DNA of 64,000 nt from positions 96,001 through 160,000 of the forward strand of contig BTVJ01000002.1 in the NCBI GenBank assembly GCA_045863395.1. The letters are read 5' to 3'. The translations under genes were made by a program, and so were the position numbers. Numbering within the stretch: position 1 is the first letter of the stretch; the number at the start of each line of letters is the position of its first letter. Positions 58,007 to 64,000 of this stretch are shown here, one piece after another. The notes under the pieces were generated by a model that ran no database searches, had not been told where the DNA came from, and saw only the letters and a program-made list of their open reading frames with translations. Source of the stretch: Myxococcales bacterium. Its GTDB lineage: Bacteria; Myxococcota_A; UBA9042; JABWCM01; BTVJ01.

Positions 58007-59151
58007 GAGCACACCTCCTCGACGCGCCGCACGAGCCGCGCGAGCCCCTCGCCAAATATGGCCGGGGGCGTGATCAGGCTCACGACCGCGTGACCCTCGG
58101 TCGCGAAGTCGAAGAACCACCCGGGCTGGACGACGACGCCGTCCTCCAGAAACGCCAGCGCCCACGCCTCGTCGCTCAGCGCACGAGGGAGACGCACGAC
58201 GGCGTACCAGCCTCCGTCGGCGTGCAGGAGGTTCGCAGAGGCCCCCCGCAGCGCCTCCCCCGCCTGCCGCCAATTGTCGCGCACCCGCCCTAGAATCTGC
58301 GCCCGCACGCCGTCACCCGCGGCCAACAGCGCCGGCAGCGTCGCCTGCACGGGGGTCCCCACCGACAAGAACGTGTCCGCGATGATCTCCAGGCGCTCCA
58401 GAGCCCCCAAGACCAGCCCCTCGGGCCCGTCGAGGCGGATCCACCCGAGCTTCATCTGCGGCAGACCCGCCGACTTGGACAGGCCCCCGAGTCCGAAGAG
58501 GAGCGCGTCACGGCTCCGCAGATACCGCTCCGAGTACCCAGGATCCAGCGGGTAGTCGGCGAAGACCTCGTCCACGATCAGCGCGAGCCCCCGCTCCGCC
58601 GCCAGCGACTCCAGCGCGGCAGACTCCTCCTGCCGCACGTAGGAGCCCGTGGGGTTGTTGGGGCTGACCAGCAGGATGGCGCGGGTGCGGGGCCCCACCG
58701 CTTCGCGCACCGCCTCCACGTCCACGTGCCACTCCCCCGCGTACACGAGGGGCCAGGGGCGTGCGACCACGTCGTCGAGCTGCGCCAGGTACTCCAGGAG
58801 GGGGTAGCTCGGGGCCGGCACCAGCACCTCGTCGCCCGGGTCGCAGAGCAGCCGCAGCAGGAAGGAGTAGGACTCGCTGGAGCTCGCCGTCAGCAGCAGC
58901 CGGTCGGCACGCACTTCCACGCCGCGCTCGGCCAGCGCACCCGCGACGGCCGCCCGCGCCGCAGGGAGCCCGAGGGGCGCCGGGTCATACCGCCCATCCC
59001 CGAGCACCACGGGCGGATACGAGAACCCCGCCGTCGTGGGGTTGCCCCCGGTCAGGTCCAGCAGGGGTGCCCCGGCGGCCCGCAGCTCCGCGAGCCTGCG
59101 CGCCAGGGCGTTCTCGGTGAGACTCCAGCTCGTCCTTCGGGAGAACCTCAC
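58003..59151 (-). CDS. PLP-dependent aminotransferase class I/II
   Basis: LDLTGGNPT, PAPSYP, SPNNPTG, IVDEVF, GLSKSAGLPQMKLGW. Confidence 0.9.
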   Translation of the reverse strand: MRFSRRTSWSLTENALARRLAELRAAGAPLLDLTGGNPTTAGFSYPPVVLGDGRYDPAPLGLPAARAAVAGALAERGVEVRADRLLLTASSSESYSFLLRLLCDPGDEVLVPAPSYPLLEYLAQLDDVVARPWPLVYAGEWHVDVEAVREAVGPRTRAILLVSPNNPTGSYVRQEESAALESLAAERGLALIVDEVFADYPLDPGYSERYLRSRDALLFGLGGLSKSAGLPQMKLGWIRLDGPEGLVLGALERLEIIADTFLSVGTPVQATLPALLAAGDGVRAQILGRVRDNWRQAGEALRGASANLLHADGGWYAVVRLPRALSDEAWALAFLEDGVVVQPGWFFDFATEGHAVVSLITPPAIFGEGLARLVRRVEEVCS

Positions 59152-62100
59152 TTGCACAGGCCGCAGGTGGAGCAGGCGTCGGCGCAGCAGGTGCCCTTCG
59201 CCGCGCAGTCCGGGGCGCAGGAGCACCCGAGGGCGAAGTTGATCTGGCCGCAAAGCCCCGTACACGCTGGCGGGAGGCCGCACTCTCCGCACTGGATGCA
59301 CTCGACGACGCACTGCGCGTCCCAGGCCGTCGCGCAACAGAAGGGGTCCTTCTCGCAGACGCACTTCTGGCACGGGCAGCCCCCGCAGCCGGGGCCCAGC
59401 TCCACGTCGCACCCTGGGTCGCACGTCTCGATCCCGACGCACGCTCCCGCGACACACCGGTCCTGGACCGTGCACTGGTCGGTGTCGAAGCAGGCGCTGC
59501 CGTCGGCCAGCGGCGTATGGACGCACTGCCCCGTCTGCGCGTTGCAGGAGTCCAGCGTGCAGAAGTTGTTGTCGGCGCAGCTCTTGGTCACCCCGGGCTG
59601 GCAAGCGCCGTCCTTGCACCAGTCGTTCGCCGTGCACTGGTTGCCGTCACTGCACGGCGCCCCTTGAGCCGCCGCAGTGAACGAGCATACCCCGGTCGCA
59701 GGACTGCACTGGTCCACCGTGCAGGGGTTGTCGTCGGTGCACACCTTGGGCGTGCCCACGCACTCGCCGCCCGAGCATGCGTCCCCCGACGTGCACGGGC
59801 TCCCGTCGTCGCACGGGCTCCCGTTCGGCAGCATCCCGATCTTGCAGCCGCCGGTGGCCGGGTCGCAGGTGCCCACCTGGCACGGGGACTTTGTCGGGCA
59901 GACCTGCGGAGTCCCGCCACACTCCCCGCCCCCGCAGGCGTCGCCGGTCGTGCATGCGTCGCCGTCGCTGCATGGGGTGCCATCGGGGCGCGGCTTGAAC
60001 CCGCAGCCCCCGCTCAGGGCATCGCATGCCCCGATGGTGCACGGGTTGCCGTCATCACAGGCCAGCGGAGCCCCCCCGACGCACGTTCCCTGCACACAGC
60101 CGTCCTCGATGGTGCATGGATTCCCATCGGAGCACGGCGTGCCGTGGAGCGCCGTGAACTTGCACGCCCCACCGACACATGCGTCGTTGGTGCACGGGTT
60201 TCCGTCATTGCAGGCCATCGGAGTCCCCGCGCAGCCTCCGTTGCCGCAGGTGTCGGCGACCGTACACGGGTTGCCATCGTCGCAGGGCCCCCCGTGCGGC
60301 GTGTGGCTACAGCCCTCCCCCATGCAGGAGTCCACCGTGCAGGGGTTGCCGTCGTCGCAGCTCAGGCCCACGCCTTTGCAGACCGCGCCCACGCACACGT
60401 CGCCCGTCGTGCACGGATTGCCGTCGTCGCAGGTCCCCACCTTCTCTGTGTGGAAGCACCCCTGGACCGGGTCGCAGCCGTCCACCGTGCACGGCTTGCC
60501 GTCATCGCAGCTCGCGGGGGTGCCGGCGCAGACCCCACCCGCGCAGTGATCTCCGGTCGTACACGGGTCTCCGTCGTCGCACAGCGCCGCAACCGGGGTG
60601 TGCGTACACGCGCCCCCGGTCGCCGGGTTGCACAGGTCCACCGTGCAGGGGTTGCCGTCGTTGCAGCCGACGATGACCCCCTTGCAGACGCCGGCGAGGC
60701 AGGCGTCCTGCGCCGTGCAGTCGTTTCCGTCGCTGCAGGGCCCCGCGACCGGGAGGTTCACGCAGTCGCCGTCCGCGCACGAGTCCGCGGTGCAGGGGTT
60801 GCCGTCGTTGCAGGTGAGGGCGACCCCGACACACACGCCGCTCAGGCACGCGTCGTTGAGGGTGCACGGGTTCCCGTCGCTGCACGGAGACCCCTGGAGC
60901 GCGACGTGTTTGCAGCCCGTCGCCGGCGCGCAGGAGTCCTCCGTGCATGGGTTGAGGTCGTCGCAGCTCACGGGCTGGCCCTTGCAGGCCCCCCCGGCGC
61001 AGGTGTCGCCCTGGGTGCAGGCGTCGCCGTCGTCGCATGGCTCGATCACCGCCGTCGCCACGCAGCCGCCGGTGTCCGGGTCGCAGGAGTCGTCGGTGCA
61101 CGGGTTGCCGTCGTTGCAGATCACCGGAGCCCCCGCGCAGACCCCTCCGGCGCACAGGTCGCCCACGGAGCATGGGTTGCCGTCGTCGCAGCTACCGCCG
61201 ACGGGCTCGTGGAGGCACTCGCCAGCGTCGCAGCCGTCGGCCGTACACGGGTTGCCGTCGTCGCAGACCTTGCCGAGGCCCTTGCACTGCCCCTCGAAGC
61301 AGGTGTCGTCGATGGTGCAGGGGTTGCCGTCGTCGCACGGGCCGTCCAGCCAGGCGTGGTGGCAGCCGTCCAGCACGGCGCAGCCGTCCCACGTGCAGGG
61401 GTTGCCGTCATCGCAGGAGGCAGGGGTCCCGACGCACGCGCCCTTCACGCAGGTGTCGCTCTCGGTACACGGGGAGCCGTCGTCGCAGGCCCCGGTCGCG
61501 TAGGGGAAGACGCAGACGTCGTCGTCGCAGAGGTCCTCCGTGCAGGGGTTCCCGTCCGTGCAGCCCCCCGTCCACTCGACGAAGAGGCAGCCGATGGCAG
61601 GATCGCACGAGTCCTGGGTGCACCACGAGCCGTCGTCGCAAGAGACGACCCCATGAGCGCACCCTGCACCCGGCGCGCAGGTGTCGGTGGTGCAGGCGTC
61701 CCCGTCGTCGCACCCGATCTGGACGTGGACGCACCCATCCAGACCACAGGAGTCCACGGTGCAGGTGTTCTTGTCGTCACAGCTCGCCGGCTCGTAGGTA
61801 CATTCCCCGGCCACGCACCCCTCCACCGTGCAGGGGTCGCCGTCGTCGCAGAGGCCCTCGGCGTCCGGGACGAACGCGCACCCCCCTGAGCCACACGCAT
61901 CGGCCGTGCATGGATCGCCATCGTCGCACACGACCGCCTCATGGGCGCACGCGCCCGCCGCGCACCCGTCCAGCGTGCACGGGTCGCCGTCGTTGCAGTC
62001 AAGCGCTGGGCCCGCTGCGCAGTCGCCGCCCAGGCAGGCGTTCTCGGTGCACGGGTTCCCGTCGTCGCACGGGGTGCCGTCCGGCGCGGCGGCCAACGCG

Positions 62101-62960
62101 CAGGCCCCCGCCACGCACACGGAGAGCTGGCACGCGGGCGCGGGGCCCGAGGCGCACACCTGGGCCGGCGTGGGCGACGGGATCGCGCACTTGCCCGCGA
62201 CGCAGATCACGCTCCCGGTGCATGGGTCCCCGTCGTCGAGGGGGGCGCAGTCTCCGTCGCTCGCGCACTCGCAGGGCACCGCACTCCCCGCCTGGCAGGC
62301 GCCGCCTCCGCAGGCGTCGCCCTGGGTGCAGGGGTCGCCGTCGTCGCAGACGCCGGGAGCGGCGGTGAAGGTGCAACCCGCGCCCGGCTGACACACGTCC
62401 GCGGTGCAGGGCTCTCCGTCGTCGCACACCACCGGGATCCCCGCACACCCCCCGCTGCACACGTCGAGCGCGGTGCACGGGTCCCCGTCGTCGCAGGGGC
62501 CCGCGTGCGGCACACTCGAGCACGCGCCGTTGACGCAGTCATCCACTGTGCACGGGTCGCCGTCGTCGCAGTCCGCGGCGCCCTCGCAGTCCGGCAGCTC
62601 TCCGTCGGCGTCCAGCGCCGTGTCCAACGTCGCGTCGGGCGCCCCGCCATCCTCGACGTCGCCACCGGGGGCGACGTCCGGCGCCGGCACATCCCCGGGC
62701 CCCATTGTATCGCCGGAGTCCACGCCGTCGCCGGAGGCTGCGGAGTCCCCCCCGATATCCCCCCCGATGTCTGTCAGGCCATCCGCGGCGGCATCCGCCA
62801 CGGCGTCCGCAGCTCCTACGTCTCCCGCAGCGTCGCCACCGCCGAGCGCAGCGATGTCGAACCCGGCCCCAGGTGGGAGCTGGAAGTCCAGGCCCGGTCC
62901 GACGGTCCCGTCCCCACAGGCGGCTGCGACAAGGAGGCAGAGGGCGAGTCGGCTTCGCAC
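59148..62960 (-). CDS. Large Cys-rich repeat lipoprotein (about 40 CDDGNPCTxD-type repeats) ending in a somatomedin-B-like domain
   Basis: AAAC lipobox, acidic linker, repeats counted by eye, C-terminal CTGLC...CSCAPDCAAKGTCCADACSTC. Confidence 0.8.
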   Translation of the reverse strand: MRSRLALCLLVAAACGDGTVGPGLDFQLPPGAGFDIAALGGGDAAGDVGAADAVADAAADGLTDIGGDIGGDSAASGDGVDSGDTMGPGDVPAPDVAPGGDVEDGGAPDATLDTALDADGELPDCEGAADCDDGDPCTVDDCVNGACSSVPHAGPCDDGDPCTALDVCSGGCAGIPVVCDDGEPCTADVCQPGAGCTFTAAPGVCDDGDPCTQGDACGGGACQAGSAVPCECASDGDCAPLDDGDPCTGSVICVAGKCAIPSPTPAQVCASGPAPACQLSVCVAGACALAAAPDGTPCDDGNPCTENACLGGDCAAGPALDCNDGDPCTLDGCAAGACAHEAVVCDDGDPCTADACGSGGCAFVPDAEGLCDDGDPCTVEGCVAGECTYEPASCDDKNTCTVDSCGLDGCVHVQIGCDDGDACTTDTCAPGAGCAHGVVSCDDGSWCTQDSCDPAIGCLFVEWTGGCTDGNPCTEDLCDDDVCVFPYATGACDDGSPCTESDTCVKGACVGTPASCDDGNPCTWDGCAVLDGCHHAWLDGPCDDGNPCTIDDTCFEGQCKGLGKVCDDGNPCTADGCDAGECLHEPVGGSCDDGNPCSVGDLCAGGVCAGAPVICNDGNPCTDDSCDPDTGGCVATAVIEPCDDGDACTQGDTCAGGACKGQPVSCDDLNPCTEDSCAPATGCKHVALQGSPCSDGNPCTLNDACLSGVCVGVALTCNDGNPCTADSCADGDCVNLPVAGPCSDGNDCTAQDACLAGVCKGVIVGCNDGNPCTVDLCNPATGGACTHTPVAALCDDGDPCTTGDHCAGGVCAGTPASCDDGKPCTVDGCDPVQGCFHTEKVGTCDDGNPCTTGDVCVGAVCKGVGLSCDDGNPCTVDSCMGEGCSHTPHGGPCDDGNPCTVADTCGNGGCAGTPMACNDGNPCTNDACVGGACKFTALHGTPCSDGNPCTIEDGCVQGTCVGGAPLACDDGNPCTIGACDALSGGCGFKPRPDGTPCSDGDACTTGDACGGGECGGTPQVCPTKSPCQVGTCDPATGGCKIGMLPNGSPCDDGSPCTSGDACSGGECVGTPKVCTDDNPCTVDQCSPATGVCSFTAAAQGAPCSDGNQCTANDWCKDGACQPGVTKSCADNNFCTLDSCNAQTGQCVHTPLADGSACFDTDQCTVQDRCVAGACVGIETCDPGCDVELGPGCGGCPCQKCVCEKDPFCCATAWDAQCVVECIQCGECGLPPACTGLCGQINFALGCSCAPDCAAKGTCCADACSTCGLCK

Positions 62961-63022
62961 GTTGACCTCTCGGTGGGCCCAGTGGGGGCTACGGATCGCG
63001 GACACAGGTGCTCGGAGCGAGT

Positions 63023-63868
63023 CTAGCCCGCCTTGGCTGCGGTTTCCAAGAACGTCCGAGTCACCGCGTGAAGCTCCGCGAGCCTTCGGAGCGTCACGTC
63101 GAACGGCATCCCGTCCACGGTCGGCTCCGCCCGCAGGGTCACCCCGTCGATGGCTCCGGCGGCCAGGCAGCGCGCGAGCCGATCCACCTCGGTCGCCGCC
63201 GAGGGCAGCAGGTCGCGCCCCGCCAGCGCCGACAGGCCGGCGACCAGCCCCAGCGCGCCCCAGTTGGAGACCGACGCCAGCACTAGGCGGGTCGTGTGCG
63301 TGACGCACGGCATTCGTGGGAGGCGCGCATCGAGCCCCATCCCGTGGGCGACCACCCCCATGCCGATCTCGTTGCCGCCGTCGCCGACGCCGATGGTCCG
63401 GGGGTGAGCCCGGAATGCAGGCGCGAAGTCCGCGGTGGTGGCGCTCAAGTCGTCGCCTCGAAAACCCCTGAAGACCCCGTCCGCCGACGGCCCCAGCCGC
63501 TCGATGGCGACGAGGACCCCGGGGCCCTCCGCCGCGACCACCGCCGCGCAGTCCGCGTCCACGGGCACGGCGACGACGCGCATGCCAGGCGCGGCCGCAG
63601 ACACCACCTGCGCGCAGAGCGCATCGGTCAGGAGCACAATGGGCCGATCGAGCGCCAGCAGGGCCTCCGCCAGGGCGCCCGCGCCGGGGGGGCCGTCGGT
63701 CTCAGGAGCGGACCCCCCAACGAAGAAACCGGTCACGAGGGCGATCGGCCCCGAGGTCTCCCAGAGGAGCCGCGCCGCGTCCAGGACGAAGCCCGGCGCG
63801 AGGAGCGAGCGCAGGGCCCCGACGCCGCGCCGGTCGTCCCGGAGCACCACGTCGTCGAGGGCGATCAC
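63023..63868 (-). CDS. DUF4392 protein (D-glutamate cyclase C-terminal-like domain)
   Basis: [44 protein letters not shown]. Confidence 0.85.
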   Translation of the reverse strand: MIALDDVVLRDDRRGVGALRSLLAPGFVLDAARLLWETSGPIALVTGFFVGGSAPETDGPPGAGALAEALLALDRPIVLLTDALCAQVVSAAAPGMRVVAVPVDADCAAVVAAEGPGVLVAIERLGPSADGVFRGFRGDDLSATTADFAPAFRAHPRTIGVGDGGNEIGMGVVAHGMGLDARLPRMPCVTHTTRLVLASVSNWGALGLVAGLSALAGRDLLPSAATEVDRLARCLAAGAIDGVTLRAEPTVDGMPFDVTLRRLAELHAVTRTFLETAAKAG

Positions 63869-64000
63869 GGCTCCTCGCAGAGATCGGTGACCAGCATGTG
63901 CCCGGGGGCGTGGGTGATGGCGAAGGGGAGGCGCGCCGCCGCCAGCGCCGCCTGGGGCGTCACGCCGCACGCCCAGAACACCGGCGTCGTCCCCCGTGGC
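63865..64000 (-). CDS. C-terminus of DUF1445 putative hydro-lyase (D-glutamate cyclase family); 5' end outside window
   Basis: My translation: [48 protein letters not shown] overlap with the next gene. Confidence 0.85.
   Translation of the reverse strand, partial: PRGTTPVFWACGVTPQAALAAARLPFAITHAPGHMLVTDLCEEP

Noticed and set aside
4419..61889. Many long alternative-frame ORFs (e.g. 4419-6398, 32936-35578, 35958-38507, 52619-55339, 59517-61889)
   Set aside because: They are antisense or shifted shadows of well-supported genes, expected at this GC content, Arg/Pro/Ala-rich and without motifs.
59400..62600. CRISPR or DGR-type nucleotide repeats (recurring GGGTTGCCGTCGTCGCA)
   Set aside because: These are codons for CDDGNPC protein repeats with synonymous variation; no reverse transcriptase or cas gene is present.

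Overview
Very GC-rich bacterial chromosomal window, most consistent with a Myxococcota/deltaproteobacterial-type organism (inferred from Cys-rich repeat lipoproteins, acidic D/A/G tethers and a MYXO-CTERM-like tail). It holds about 51 genes. I recognised no rRNA, tRNA, CRISPR array, integrase or transposase. Main content: (1) a ferredoxin-fused 2-oxoacid:ferredoxin oxidoreductase alpha subunit, cut by the left edge; (2) an 11-subunit complex I operon (nuoABCD-HIJKLMN, no nuoEFG) followed directly by an NDUFAF7/MidA-type methyltransferase; (3) phoD-phnX-phnW; (4) tethered surface hydrolases and adhesins: PLD, PI-PLC, PhoD, a NAGPA-like glycosidase, a C-type lectin, a ~40-repeat Cys-rich protein and a Gly-rich fibre with a peptidase-G2-like chaperone; (5) an MntA/HepT toxin-antitoxin pair; (6) a DUF4266-DUF3570-Trx/ApbE flavinylation module; (7) an arr + yjhP-like islet flanked by hairpin-rich non-coding DNA; (8) a split D-glutamate cyclase (DUF1445 + DUF4392) at the right edge. 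Several genes look leaderless. All family calls come from motif recognition by eye, not database searches. Start codons were often trimmed from the ORF track using SD sequences or stop/start overlaps.
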